Assembly (NCBI GenBank): GCA_951812575.1
Contig: OX638322.1
Location: 203,442-267,441, forward strand
Source: Candidatus Binatia bacterium
GTDB taxonomy: Bacteria > Desulfobacterota > Binatia > Bin18
DNA: 64,000 nucleotides
Direction: 5' to 3'
In this document: positions 29,121-38,813 of the stretch, piece after piece
How positions within the stretch are numbered: the first letter of the stretch is position 1
Layout: every line of letters begins with the position of its first letter
Notes under the pieces: generated by a model
The model's input: only the letters and a program-made list of their open reading frames with translations
Databases searched by the model: none
Told to the model about the DNA's origin: nothing
Made by a program: the position numbers and the translations under genes

Positions 29121-29789
29121 TCAGTCCACAATACGCACCTCATACCCGCTGCATACCAGCATGGGTTCAACCAGCTCACCGAAACCGTCCGGCTCATAGC
29201 CCTGGATGTCGGCGAATGTGGCGTTGGGATGGTCGATGCAGATTTGCGCCACGCCGTCGTAGGTGCGTTCTCGCTCAGCATCGTCCAGGTCAACCAGGTC
29301 CACGGAATAACGCACCGCGTCAGGCGTATTATTGATGGCCGCGACAACGTTCGGCACGTGGACGTTCAGCCAGTAGTCGTCCAGGTGGGCACGCTCAATT
29401 CCCTGGCGTCTCTTGATAAAGAAGGTGAGCTTGGTGGTGTCGCGCGTCGTCGGACCATCCACGTTGAGATGCTCGGTGACAAACAGATTACAGCCCGGTT
29501 GGATGGTGGCATAGGTGCTGAATTTGTCGGCGTCGATATTGGGCGGGGCCTGCCGGCCGATCGTGGTCTCAAAATGCTCTCGATCCCGGAACCATAGCTC
29601 GGCCATACCATCGGGCGGACGGCTGTCCGCATCGGCGTTGTCCGAGGGCGGGTCAAAGAAGGTGATGCGATAGCGTTCCGGCTTGACCAGCGAAACGACA
29701 TGCGGGGCGTGAATGTGTTCCCAGGCATGGACCAGCTCGTCGTGCGAAATATGATCCAGACGCCGAACAGCGGCCATAAACTTTAACAT
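29121..29789 (-). CDS. EthD-like tandem dimeric alpha/beta barrel protein
   Basis: Two repeats of W..(I/V)H.P.V ... DG.A(E/Q). Confidence 0.7.
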   Translation of the reverse strand: MLKFMAAVRRLDHISHDELVHAWEHIHAPHVVSLVKPERYRITFFDPPSDNADADSRPPDGMAELWFRDREHFETTIGRQAPPNIDADKFSTYATIQPGCNLFVTEHLNVDGPTTRDTTKLTFFIKRRQGIERAHLDDYWLNVHVPNVVAAINNTPDAVRYSVDLVDLDDAERERTYDGVAQICIDHPNATFADIQGYEPDGFGELVEPMLVCSGYEVRIVD

Positions 29790-29800
29790 GGTCTCCCTCC

Positions 29801-30655
29801 TTAGAAGCGTGCTTGCGGCACCGGCAGCCCAGGGATATCCGAACGCGCCCGAAAGACGCTGCCCTTGAGCTCGCGTTGATCGTTGTTGGCGGTGACTACG
29901 TACAGGTCCGACATGTCGGGTCCACCAAAAGCCACGCTGGTGACCGTTTTGGCCGGTACCTTGATGCGTTGATCGACCGTCCCATCCGGCTTGAAACGCA
30001 CAATTTCACCCCGTCCGGCCACCGTGGCCACCCATACCCCGCCTTCGACGTCAACGGTCATGCCGTCGGGCATACCCTCGGGTAGCTGCGCGAACAGTTG
30101 TCGGTCGCTGACCGTGCGGTCGGCCCGCACCCCATAGGCCCAGACGGCCTTGGTGGTGGAATCGCAGTGGTAGAGCAGTTTGCGGTCCGGACTGAAGCCC
30201 AGGCCGTTAGTCACCTCAACCCCCTCCCATAAGTGCGTCACCTGGCCCGGCGGGTCAATACGGAAGAGCGAGCCCGGCGGCGGAGTGCTCTTAAAATCGA
30301 AAGTATGAATATCGCAGCCAAACGAACCGACCCAGATGCTGCCTTGGTCATCCATGGTCAGGTCGTTCAGGCCGAACAGCGGCTTCCCTTCCCATTCCCC
30401 AAAGATATCCCGCAGCGCGCCGGACTGCTCGTCCCAGTGCGACAGAGACAGCCCCGTCACCAAGATGCCCCCGCCCGCGTTCAAGCCGATGCCGCCGACA
30501 AACTTCCGGTCCGATATTAAGGTCTCAATCTCCCCGTCGGGGCTACGCCGGAAGACACCCCCGCCGCGCACATCGCTGTAATAGAGCCGATTCTGCTCAT
30601 CGGTCCGGGGTCCCTCAACGAGTCCGTAGCCGCTGGCCAAGGTTTCAAATTCCAT
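29801..30655 (-). CDS. SMP-30/gluconolactonase/LRE family protein
   Basis: LVEGP, LNDL, TNGLGFSPD, PDGMTVD, TSVAFGG. Confidence 0.9.
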   Translation of the reverse strand: MEFETLASGYGLVEGPRTDEQNRLYYSDVRGGGVFRRSPDGEIETLISDRKFVGGIGLNAGGGILVTGLSLSHWDEQSGALRDIFGEWEGKPLFGLNDLTMDDQGSIWVGSFGCDIHTFDFKSTPPPGSLFRIDPPGQVTHLWEGVEVTNGLGFSPDRKLLYHCDSTTKAVWAYGVRADRTVSDRQLFAQLPEGMPDGMTVDVEGGVWVATVAGRGEIVRFKPDGTVDQRIKVPAKTVTSVAFGGPDMSDLYVVTANNDQRELKGSVFRARSDIPGLPVPQARF

Positions 30656-30812
30656 ACGCTCCCTCCTTTTGTGTGACCGCTCACGTGAATATCAACATGA
30701 TGAGGCGAGGGTAATCGCTCCGGGGGCGGAAGACAATGGGCGGGCCGGCCACAGACAAAGCCGCCGACTTTGTATAAGGTGCGCGTCTACTCCTTCATCC
30801 CGACGCTATCCG

Positions 30813-32135
30813 ATGCAGCGAAAAGAATTTCCCTTTTATTATGGCTGGGCGGTCGTGGCCGTGGCCTTTGTCACCCTGGCTATCGGCGTGAACACGCGTA
30901 CGACCTTCTCCCTGCTCTTTCCGCCCATTCTGGCGGAATTCGGTTGGGACCGGGGTAGTACAGCCGCGGCCTTTTCTTGCGGGTTTCTGGCGGCAACCGT
31001 GTACGCGCCCATAGTCGGCATGCTCATGGATCGCTGGGGGCCGCGCGTGGTCATACCGCTGGGTGCGGTGCTGGTCAGCGCCGGCATGGTCTCGATTACC
31101 CTGGTTTCTCAGCCGTGGCACCTGTATCTCACCTTCGGCATCCTGGTCGGCGGCGCGAGCACCTCTATCAGCTATCTCGGTCACTCCCTGTTTCTCCCCT
31201 ACTGGTTTGTACGCCGCCGCGGGCTGGCCCTGGGGCTTGCCTTTTCCGGCGTGGGCGCCGGCTCCATCCTGCTCTTCCCCTGGGTGCAAAGCATCATCGA
31301 CCAGGCCGGCTGGCGTGAGGCGTGTTGGGTCGTGGCGGGCCTCCTGCTGGTGGTCGTGTTGCCGTTGAATGTGATCCTGCAACGCCGCCGACCCGAGGAC
31401 CTGGGTCTGGCGCCCGACGGAGACGCCGCCCCAAGCACCGCTCACGGGGAGCAGCACCCGGCTGATAACGTCGTGGACCATGCCTGGGCCGCGACCGACT
31501 GGACCCTGGCGCGTGCCATACGCACCTCCCGTTTCTGGTGGTTGGGCGTCTCTTTTTTCAGCAGTCTGTACTCCTGGTACGCCATCCAGGTGCATCAAAC
31601 CAAATACCTGACCGACATCGGCTTTTCACCCGAGGTGGCGGCCTTTGCCCTCGGGCTGGTCGGACTGACCGCCTGCGGCGGCCAGATTGGCCTGGGTACG
31701 CTCTCCGACCGGATCGGGCGCGAGTGGGTCTGGACCATCAGCATGATGGGCTTTGTCCTGTGTTATGTCATCCTGCTCAGCATGCCCGAGCGGCCCAGTC
31801 TGGTGCTGTTATACGCCATGGTCGCGGCTCAGGGCATGCTGGGCTACGGCACGGTCTCGGTGTTCGGCGCCATTCCGGCGGAGATTTTTCAGGGCAAACA
31901 GTACGGCCGCATCTACGGCACGCTGACCATTGCCGGCAGTCTGGGCGGCGGGACCGGACCCTGGGTGACCGGCCTGCTCTTCGACCGCACCGGCAGCTAT
32001 ACAGTGGCCTTCTGGATTGCACTGGCGTTTGCCTTTGTCTCCATTGGCGGCATGTGGATGGCCGGTCCGCGCAAGGTGCGCGTAGTGGCCGGCCAGGTGA
32101 AGCGCCTGGCCGCACGACGGGCTCTGGCGGAATAG
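30813..32135 (+). CDS. MFS transporter
   Basis: FYYGW, GMLMDRWGPR, GTLSDRIGR, about 12 hydrophobic segments. Confidence 0.9.
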   Translation: MQRKEFPFYYGWAVVAVAFVTLAIGVNTRTTFSLLFPPILAEFGWDRGSTAAAFSCGFLAATVYAPIVGMLMDRWGPRVVIPLGAVLVSAGMVSITLVSQPWHLYLTFGILVGGASTSISYLGHSLFLPYWFVRRRGLALGLAFSGVGAGSILLFPWVQSIIDQAGWREACWVVAGLLLVVVLPLNVILQRRRPEDLGLAPDGDAAPSTAHGEQHPADNVVDHAWAATDWTLARAIRTSRFWWLGVSFFSSLYSWYAIQVHQTKYLTDIGFSPEVAAFALGLVGLTACGGQIGLGTLSDRIGREWVWTISMMGFVLCYVILLSMPERPSLVLLYAMVAAQGMLGYGTVSVFGAIPAEIFQGKQYGRIYGTLTIAGSLGGGTGPWVTGLLFDRTGSYTVAFWIALAFAFVSIGGMWMAGPRKVRVVAGQVKRLAARRALAE

Positions 32136-32149
32136 AAGAAATCAGTCCT

Positions 32150-32168
32150 GGGAGAAGAAAGTTCTCCC
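32150..32168. terminator. Possible terminator hairpin between convergent genes
   Basis: GGGAGAA-GAAAG-TTCTCCC. Confidence 0.35.
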
Positions 32169-32195
32169 GAGTTTATCTTGATTCTCCAGATGTAA

Positions 32196-32249
32196 TCAGC
32201 CGCGTTCCGCCGCTCCAATAAGAGTACGAGCTTCTTTAAGGTCGCTCAT
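32196..32249 (-). pseudogene. Truncated HEPN partner stub
   Basis: Overlaps the MNT 3' end; MSDLKEARTLIGAAERG* resembles the first HEPN helix, only 17 codons. Confidence 0.45.
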
Positions 32250-32595
32250 ACAGCACCCGTCCCTCCCGCAGAGCCCGCGCCAGGACATGGTTAAGGGAGT
32301 CACGCCAGTGTTCGACCTCATCACGGCTGTACACCAGAATGTCCTTTGCAACACCGAGGCCCGAGACGGCTCTCCATAGACGGACAGCTTCCTGGCGTCG
32401 GCTCCTGCCGTTGCCGAAGGGCGTGGACTCAATGACGAGCAAGTCCACGTCCGAGTCTTCGCGGGCGTCACCTCGCGCCCGTGAGCCAAACAGAATGACC
32501 TGCTCGGGATCAACTTCGGTCACAATGGCCCGCACCATGTCACTCAGAAGCGAGTCCGTCACCTGTGGGGTATATCTTTCCCTTCTCGTTTCCAT
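32236..32595 (-). CDS. Minimal nucleotidyltransferase (MNT antitoxin)
   Basis: VILFGSRARGDAREDSDVDLLVI. Confidence 0.9.
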   Translation of the reverse strand: METRRERYTPQVTDSLLSDMVRAIVTEVDPEQVILFGSRARGDAREDSDVDLLVIESTPFGNGRSRRQEAVRLWRAVSGLGVAKDILVYSRDEVEHWRDSLNHVLARALREGRVLYERP

Positions 32596-32685
32596 GGCGA
32601 TTTCATACCGTGCGGCGCAAGGATTCGTGCAGGGCTCCTCGTGCATCTTACCTTCTCTAGCCAGCCTCTAAAATAAGAGTTCATT

Positions 32686-33483
32686 TCACCGACTCAACGC
32701 CCCACCGTTGTTTTGAATCGTAAACCCGCCGTCAACAACCAGCGTGGCTCCGTTGATGTATGACGCGGCCGGAAGGACAAGGCTCAGCGTCGCGTGGGCA
32801 ACTTCTTCCGGGTCGCCGTAGCGTTTGAGCGGTACGCGCCGGCGGGCGAAGATGCCTTTTGCTTTGTCCGGGATGGCAGCGGTCAGGCCGGTATGAATCG
32901 CGCCCGGACAAATGCAGTTGACGGTGACGCCCTGGGTCGCCAGTTCCACCGCCAGCGCCCTGGTGAGGCCCATAACGCCGTGCTTTGCCGCGGTATAGGG
33001 GCTGGCAAAAGCGCTGCCGCCGACCGCTTCGGTCGAAGCAATATTCACGATCCGTCCGGTCCCGCTTTTTGTGAGATGCGGCAACGACGCGCGAATGAGG
33101 CGCTGGTGGGCCGTCAGATTCACGCTGAAACAGCGCTCCCAGACCTCTTCGTATTTGCTGCTCTGAATACGGGCGGAGGCATCGATACCGGCATTATTGA
33201 CCAGAATGTCGAGCCCGCCGAAATGTGCGACAATCCGGGCTAGCGTCGGTTCGATCTCCGCAGCGTTGGCGAGGTCCAGGGTCCAGCCCATGGCCGTACC
33301 GCCGGCTTGGGTAATCTCCTCAACGACTCGGTCAACGCCGTCCGCATTTCTGTCCAATACGGCAACCTGCGCCTCTTCGTCGGCAAAGAGATGAGCGGTT
33401 GCCCGTCCCATGCCGCTGGCGGCCCCGGTCACTAGCGCAATTTTTCCTTTGATTGATCGACTCAGCTTGCTTAGGCGTGGCAT
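32686..33483 (-). CDS. SDR family oxidoreductase
   Basis: TGAASGMG, NNAG, YTAAK. Confidence 0.9.
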   Translation of the reverse strand: MPRLSKLSRSIKGKIALVTGAASGMGRATAHLFADEEAQVAVLDRNADGVDRVVEEITQAGGTAMGWTLDLANAAEIEPTLARIVAHFGGLDILVNNAGIDASARIQSSKYEEVWERCFSVNLTAHQRLIRASLPHLTKSGTGRIVNIASTEAVGGSAFASPYTAAKHGVMGLTRALAVELATQGVTVNCICPGAIHTGLTAAIPDKAKGIFARRRVPLKRYGDPEEVAHATLSLVLPAASYINGATLVVDGGFTIQNNGGALSR

Positions 33484-33645
33484 GCTCTGTGGCTCCTTTT
33501 GTCCCTCGCATCCGTCCCTCCATACTTACCTGTGGCTGGCCCGCTACAAAAGGCTCCAGCGTTGCCGGATTCCGTCGCGCGCATCCCTATCTTGTCTTGC
33601 TCTTCGGTCTCATCCCGAGTACACATGCCAGCGAGGAGGGGAGTG

Positions 33646-34647
33646 ATGAAATATCGAGCCATGGCATTGCCGGTAAGCATGATCCTCGTGACTACTCTCA
33701 TGCTGGAACGTCCAAGCGTCGCTCAGGCGACAGACCCCCTCCCCCAACTTACGGCAGCGACGCTGGAGCAGTGGATGTCCAGCCTCTCAAATTGGGGACG
33801 CTGGGGAGAGGACGATCAGCTCGGTACGCTCAATCTGATTACCCCCGAGAAACGGCGTCAGGCCGCCACGCTGGTAACCGAGGGCGTCTCGGTTTCTCTG
33901 GCCTTTGACCTGGCGAAAGAGGCCAGCACCAATAATGAGTTTCCGCTTGAGCACAGTCTCCTGGTGCATGATGACGACGGCAACGTCTTTGCCGAGGATA
34001 TCTATACGATCCGGTATCACGGCTTTGCCCATTCGCATGTGGATGCGCTGTGCCATATTTTCCATCAGGGCAAGATGTACAATGGCTTCCCGCGTTCGGC
34101 GGTCAAACCCTCAGGCTCGGAGCAGCTCGGCGTACAGACCATGCACCAAGGGATTTTCACCCGTGGGATTCTGGTGGATGTCCCCTGGTTAAAGGAGGTA
34201 CCCTATCTCGAACCGGGCACCGCAGTCCGCGTCGAAGACCTGGAAGCCTGGGAGAAAAAGACCGGTATCCGCATAGCGAGCGGCGATGTGCTGCTGGTCC
34301 GCACCGGGCTGTACAAACGACGCCAGGAGGTCGGCTCCTGGAACCTCACAGAGCGGGCCGCGGGCCTACACCCTGCGGTCGTGCCCTGGCTCAAGGCGCG
34401 CGACGTGGCGACGGTTGGTTCTGACGGCACGAATGAAGTCTTCCCCTCCGGGATCGAAGGGATGCCGTTTCCGATTCACCGCCTGGCCGTGGTCGCCCTG
34501 GGCATGCCGCTGTTGGATAACCTGAACCTCGAAGACCTGGCCCGTGAAGCGCAGGCGCGCAAGCGCTGGACCTTCCTCTTTGTGGCTGCGCCCTTGCGCG
34601 TCCCCGGCGGAACGGGCTCACCCCTTAATCCGCTGGCCCTGTTTTAG
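33646..34647 (+). CDS. Cyclase (kynurenine formamidase-like) family metal hydrolase, probably exported
   Basis: NWGRWGEDDQLGTLN, HGFAHSHVDALCH, GGTGSPLNP; signal-like N-terminus. Confidence 0.85.
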   Translation: MKYRAMALPVSMILVTTLMLERPSVAQATDPLPQLTAATLEQWMSSLSNWGRWGEDDQLGTLNLITPEKRRQAATLVTEGVSVSLAFDLAKEASTNNEFPLEHSLLVHDDDGNVFAEDIYTIRYHGFAHSHVDALCHIFHQGKMYNGFPRSAVKPSGSEQLGVQTMHQGIFTRGILVDVPWLKEVPYLEPGTAVRVEDLEAWEKKTGIRIASGDVLLVRTGLYKRRQEVGSWNLTERAAGLHPAVVPWLKARDVATVGSDGTNEVFPSGIEGMPFPIHRLAVVALGMPLLDNLNLEDLAREAQARKRWTFLFVAAPLRVPGGTGSPLNPLALF

Positions 34648-34693
34648 ACCGATGATGCTCTAGGCTGATGATGCACAGCCACGGAGGTCCATT

Positions 34694-35314
34694 GTGTTGA
34701 GCGTTGAAGCAATACGGAACGCCCTGACCGCCCATCAGCCCACATCGAGTCGTTTCGATGGCCATCGCGGCTGTGCTGCTGTAGCCATGATACTCGTGGG
34801 AGCGGAGGATCGACTGAAACTGTGTATGATCCGGCGGGCTGAAAAATCGGGCGATCCGTGGTCGAGCCATATGGCCCTGCCGGGCGGACGCTTCTCTCCC
34901 GAGGATGCTGATCTTCGCGTTACGGCCGAGCGCGAAACGCACGAAGAAGTAGGTCTGCGTCTGGACCCGGCCCACCGTCTGGGTTCGCTCGCCCCGCTCG
35001 CCATCCGGCTGAGCGGACGGGACCGGCCCTTGGATCTTTTTGCTGCGGTCTATTACCTGGGTCCGGCGACCCCGGCATTAACGCTCAATCACGAAGTCGC
35101 CGAGGCATACTGGATGCCGCTGGCGCATCCCTGGGAGGTCGGGAACGCCACCCACCTGAAATTATCCGCGGACGGCAAGACGTTGTACTATCCGGCGATC
35201 CGTTTTCAGGACCAAATGATCTGGGGCATCACCTTACGTGTCCTGACCCTGTTCTCCGATGTGCTCGGCCGTCCCTTGCCGCATTTGGAAGAAATTCCGG
35301 GACTCGGACGCTAG
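34694..35314 (+). CDS. NUDIX hydrolase (CoA pyrophosphatase-like)
   Basis: ALPGG...TAERETHEEVGL, IWGIT. Confidence 0.85.
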   Translation: MLSVEAIRNALTAHQPTSSRFDGHRGCAAVAMILVGAEDRLKLCMIRRAEKSGDPWSSHMALPGGRFSPEDADLRVTAERETHEEVGLRLDPAHRLGSLAPLAIRLSGRDRPLDLFAAVYYLGPATPALTLNHEVAEAYWMPLAHPWEVGNATHLKLSADGKTLYYPAIRFQDQMIWGITLRVLTLFSDVLGRPLPHLEEIPGLGR

Positions 35315-35350
35315 CTTGTCCGTTCCGTATCAATAGTAAGGAGGGGAGCT

Positions 35351-37582
35351 ATGGAAGTTGTTGGTTATGCTGATCAGTTCAGTGTCGCGCCGGGGGAAAC
35401 CGTTCGATTCCATGTGAGCTGCAAACAGCCAACCTATCAGGCCGACATCGTCCGTCTGATCCATGGCGACCCCAACCCAAAGGGTCCGGGCTTCAAAGAG
35501 GAACTCGTTGCAACGCCGGTCAGCGGCGAGTATCCGGGCCGTCGCCAGGATATCCACACCGGCTCACACATTATCGTGCCCGACGTGCCGCTGCTGGGCC
35601 TGCACGACGGCTTCACCCTGCACGCCTGGATATATCCCACAACCCCACAAAAAGGCGTGCAGGGCATTCTCACCAAGTGGTCGGAGGCGGAAGGCGGCTA
35701 TGGTCTGGTGCTCGACGAGGGTGGGGTCTTGGCCGTGTGGCTGACTGACCCGGCAGGACGTACGGAACAGGTACGGATCAATACCCCCCTCCGCTCCCTG
35801 GACTGGTATTTTGTAGCGGCCACGTTTGACGCCCACAGCGGCCAGATCGCCGTGTATCAGGAGCCGCTGCGCACGTGGCCACAGGACCAGACCCGGGCGA
35901 CCGCGACGGCCACGACCCAGCTCCAGGCCACTCCCACGACTCCGGTCGATTGCGTGATGGCCGGCCTGTGGCAGACGGGCGATGACGGCGAGTCCCGGAT
36001 TGGCCGACATTTTAACGGCAAGATCGACCGCCCGGGGGTATTCCGGCGAGCCCTGAGTCGGGACGAGTTGCTCTCGCTCCAGCGCGGAGCCTCGCCGCTG
36101 GCCTTTGGCGACGATCTCGTCGCGGCCTGGGATTTTTCGGCTGAGGTTGCCTCCGACACCGTCATCGACACCTCGCCCCACGGTTTACACGGCCGAGCGA
36201 TCAACATGCCCGCCCGGGCCATGACCGGCTATAACTGGAGCGGTGCGGAGACGGATTTTCGCAATACTCCGCACGAGTACGGCGCGATTCATTTTCATGA
36301 CGACGACCTTGAGGACGCCGGCTGGCAGGTCGATTTTAGCTGGACGCTGCCGGCCGAGTGTCGAAGCGGGGTGTACGCCGCGCGCCTGCGGACCGAGGGT
36401 GGCGAGGACCACATTCCGTTTTTTATCCGTCCGCCAAGGGGCCAAGCCACCGCGGACATTGCCTTCCTGGCCCCGACCAACAGTTATCTGGCCTATGCCA
36501 ACGAGCAGCTCACCACCCTGCCGCCGGCACTGTTTCCCAATCGCAAGCAGGGCGAGCTTGCGCCGGACGACCACTACATCAGAGAGAACCGTTTGCTGAG
36601 CCTGTACGACAGTCATGCCGACGGCAGCGGGGTGTGTTATTCCAGCCGGCTGCGGCCCATCGTCAACATGCGCCCGCGCTACCACATGCGGGCGCTCAAC
36701 TGCCCGCACCAGTTGCCCGCCGACCTGCACCTGATCGACTGGCTCGAAGCCAAGGGCCACGCCTATGATGTGATTACCGACGAAGACCTGCACGCCGAGG
36801 GTCTGGACCTGCTCGCCCCGTACAAGGTCATCATCACCGGCAGCCATCCCGAGTACTGGTCCGGGCCCATGCTGGACGCCTTGGAAACCTATCTGAACAC
36901 CGGCGGGCGGCTGATGTATTTGGGCGGCAACGGTTTTTACTGGATCACCTCGTTTGCTCCCGGCCGACCTCACGTGGTTGAGGTTCGACGCCGGGTCGGC
37001 ACCCGGAGCTGGCATGCCAAACCCGGCGAATACCATCACAGCACCACCGGAGAGCCCGGCGGCCTCTGGCGGGATCGGGGCCGAACACCCCAGCGCCTGG
37101 TCGGCGTCGGTTTCACCACCCAGGGCTTTGATAACAGCGCGCCATACGAGCGGAAGCCGGACGGCTTTGACCCTCGCGCGGCGTTTATTTTTGAGGGAAT
37201 CGGAGACAAAGAAGCCATTGGCGACTTTGAGTCCTTAGTCCTCAACTACGGAGCGGCCGGTTTTGAGTTGGACCGGGCCGAACATTCCCTGGGGACGCCG
37301 GCCCACGCCCTGGTGTTAGCCTCCTCGTCCGGCCATTCGGACTCCTATCAGCATGTGATTGAAGAGGTCTTGCTGAGCGACTCGCAACAGGGTGGCACGG
37401 TCAATCCCAAGGTCCGGGCCGACATGGTGTATTTTGAATATCCCCAGGGCGGAGCAGTCTTTTCGGCCAGCTCCATCGCCTGGGACGGAGCCTTGTCTCA
37501 CAACCAGTATGAGAACACCGTCTCGCGCATCACCGACAACGTCCTGCGCCGCTTCGCCGCCGAGGGCCCACTGAGCGAGTGA
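35351..37582 (+). CDS. N,N-dimethylformamidase large-subunit family protein with LamG-like domain
   Basis: GYADQFSVAPGE, IHFHDDD, SYLAYANE, GSHPEYWS, YLGGNGFYW. Confidence 0.85.
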   Translation: MEVVGYADQFSVAPGETVRFHVSCKQPTYQADIVRLIHGDPNPKGPGFKEELVATPVSGEYPGRRQDIHTGSHIIVPDVPLLGLHDGFTLHAWIYPTTPQKGVQGILTKWSEAEGGYGLVLDEGGVLAVWLTDPAGRTEQVRINTPLRSLDWYFVAATFDAHSGQIAVYQEPLRTWPQDQTRATATATTQLQATPTTPVDCVMAGLWQTGDDGESRIGRHFNGKIDRPGVFRRALSRDELLSLQRGASPLAFGDDLVAAWDFSAEVASDTVIDTSPHGLHGRAINMPARAMTGYNWSGAETDFRNTPHEYGAIHFHDDDLEDAGWQVDFSWTLPAECRSGVYAARLRTEGGEDHIPFFIRPPRGQATADIAFLAPTNSYLAYANEQLTTLPPALFPNRKQGELAPDDHYIRENRLLSLYDSHADGSGVCYSSRLRPIVNMRPRYHMRALNCPHQLPADLHLIDWLEAKGHAYDVITDEDLHAEGLDLLAPYKVIITGSHPEYWSGPMLDALETYLNTGGRLMYLGGNGFYWITSFAPGRPHVVEVRRRVGTRSWHAKPGEYHHSTTGEPGGLWRDRGRTPQRLVGVGFTTQGFDNSAPYERKPDGFDPRAAFIFEGIGDKEAIGDFESLVLNYGAAGFELDRAEHSLGTPAHALVLASSSGHSDSYQHVIEEVLLSDSQQGGTVNPKVRADMVYFEYPQGGAVFSASSIAWDGALSHNQYENTVSRITDNVLRRFAAEGPLSE

Positions 37583-37766
37583 GGCGGGTGAGGCATAGGG
37601 GTAACGCTTGCGATTGCCCCGGTTGCGGCTGCCCCGGTTGCGGCTGCATGATCTTCTTCCCCCCGAGCCCGGGTTTTCTGCGATGTATTGACGAATAACC
37701 GGAGACCCTGAATCTCAAACTCAGCCAGTGTTGACAGTCGCTACCGTCCTACTTACACCCGAGAGT

Positions 37767-38135
37767 ATGGATTTTGCGCGTGCTCAAGCTTCTCTTAGAG
37801 CCGCTGAGCTTTGTCTGGAACACTGCCTTTTCGATAGTGTCGCTAATCGCGCTTATTTTGCCGCGTTTCAGGCCGCCATCTGTGCTCTTGAGAGCCAAGG
37901 AATAAACCGGAAAGAATGGAGCCACAAAGGCGTACATTCCGATTTTGTCCAACGTTTTGTGCGGCGGCGAAAGCTCGTGCCGGCAAGTTTTGCCAGTGCA
38001 CTTCCAACTCTGATGCACCTACGCCATATTGGGGATTATGAACAGGCAGGAGTCAGTCAACGCTCAGCCGAGCGCGCGGTTCGCTTAGCGCGGGAATTTG
38101 TCCAACTTCTCGCCAAGGAGATACTGTATGCCTAA
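37767..38135 (+). CDS. HEPN domain protein
   Basis: ANRAYFAAFQAA, SHKGV, LRHIGDY. Confidence 0.8.
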   Translation: MDFARAQASLRAAELCLEHCLFDSVANRAYFAAFQAAICALESQGINRKEWSHKGVHSDFVQRFVRRRKLVPASFASALPTLMHLRHIGDYEQAGVSQRSAERAVRLAREFVQLLAKEILYA

Positions 38136-38394
38136 GGGGAAAAGCTCACCTCACCAAGCGCTTCTTGAAGCCAAGCTGTCCGAACTCACCACGTTGATCA
38201 AAGAGCTTTCGCCAGACGCGCGAGTAAAAATTGCTGCTGCGCGCTATGAGGATGAAGACGCGGCTCTTGATGTCTATGTCCCACCGGATTTCCAAGCCGC
38301 AGCAATTTCTGATCTTGAACGATCCTTGGGCGAGCGCTGCAACGACATTCTCCTTGACACTGGACTGTTTATTATCGGTGCCGTTCGAGATTGA
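38128..38394 (+). CDS. Hypothetical protein, probable degenerate MNT-like HEPN partner
   Basis: Overlaps HEPN stop; acidic EDEDAALDVYV; C-terminal DILLDTGLFI. Confidence 0.55.
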   Translation: MPKGKSSPHQALLEAKLSELTTLIKELSPDARVKIAAARYEDEDAALDVYVPPDFQAAAISDLERSLGERCNDILLDTGLFIIGAVRD

Positions 38395-38483
38395 GTCTTC
38401 GCACTTGCTCTCAATCCGCCGCTTCGCTCCGGACGGGTCGCTGGGGGAATGAGCGGGGCGGGAAAGTGCTGGCGCGTGACACC

Positions 38484-38770
38484 TTAAACGGCAATGCGTA
38501 CCTGCATCCCCAGAGCGCGGGTAATTTTCATGACCGTGCTGAAAGTCGGGTTGCCGTTTTCAGACAACGCCTTGTAGAGCCCCTCGCGGGTCATGCCAAC
38601 GTCGTGAGCCAATTGGCTCATGTTTTGGGCGTGGCAATATCGTTCAGCGCGGCGCGAATCAGACTGCCTTCGCCCAGGTCTTCCTCTGCGCACGCCTCAA
38701 GGTAAAGACGGACATCTTCCTTGGTACACAGGTGTTCGTTGATATCCCAGCGGGTGAATGTTTCTGCCAT
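38484..38770 (-). pseudogene. HI1420-family addiction module antidote protein, frameshifted
   Basis: MAETFTRWDINEHL...IRAALNDIA, then a 1-nt shift near 38632 to AQNMSQLAHDVGMTREGLYKALS. Confidence 0.75.
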
Positions 38771-38813
38771 GGTTTATCTGAGGCGGTCGAGCAAATTTTC
38801 CGCCGGAGGAACG

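Noticed and set aside
27229-29121. Integron interpretation of the TA cluster
   Set aside because: No integron integrase or attC-like palindromes seen, and cassette genes face both directions
37596-37646. 15-bp tandem repeat GCCCCGGTTGCGGCT (QPQPG ORF)
   Set aside because: Looks like a degenerate GTAGGGGC-type REP with slippage rather than a coding repeat
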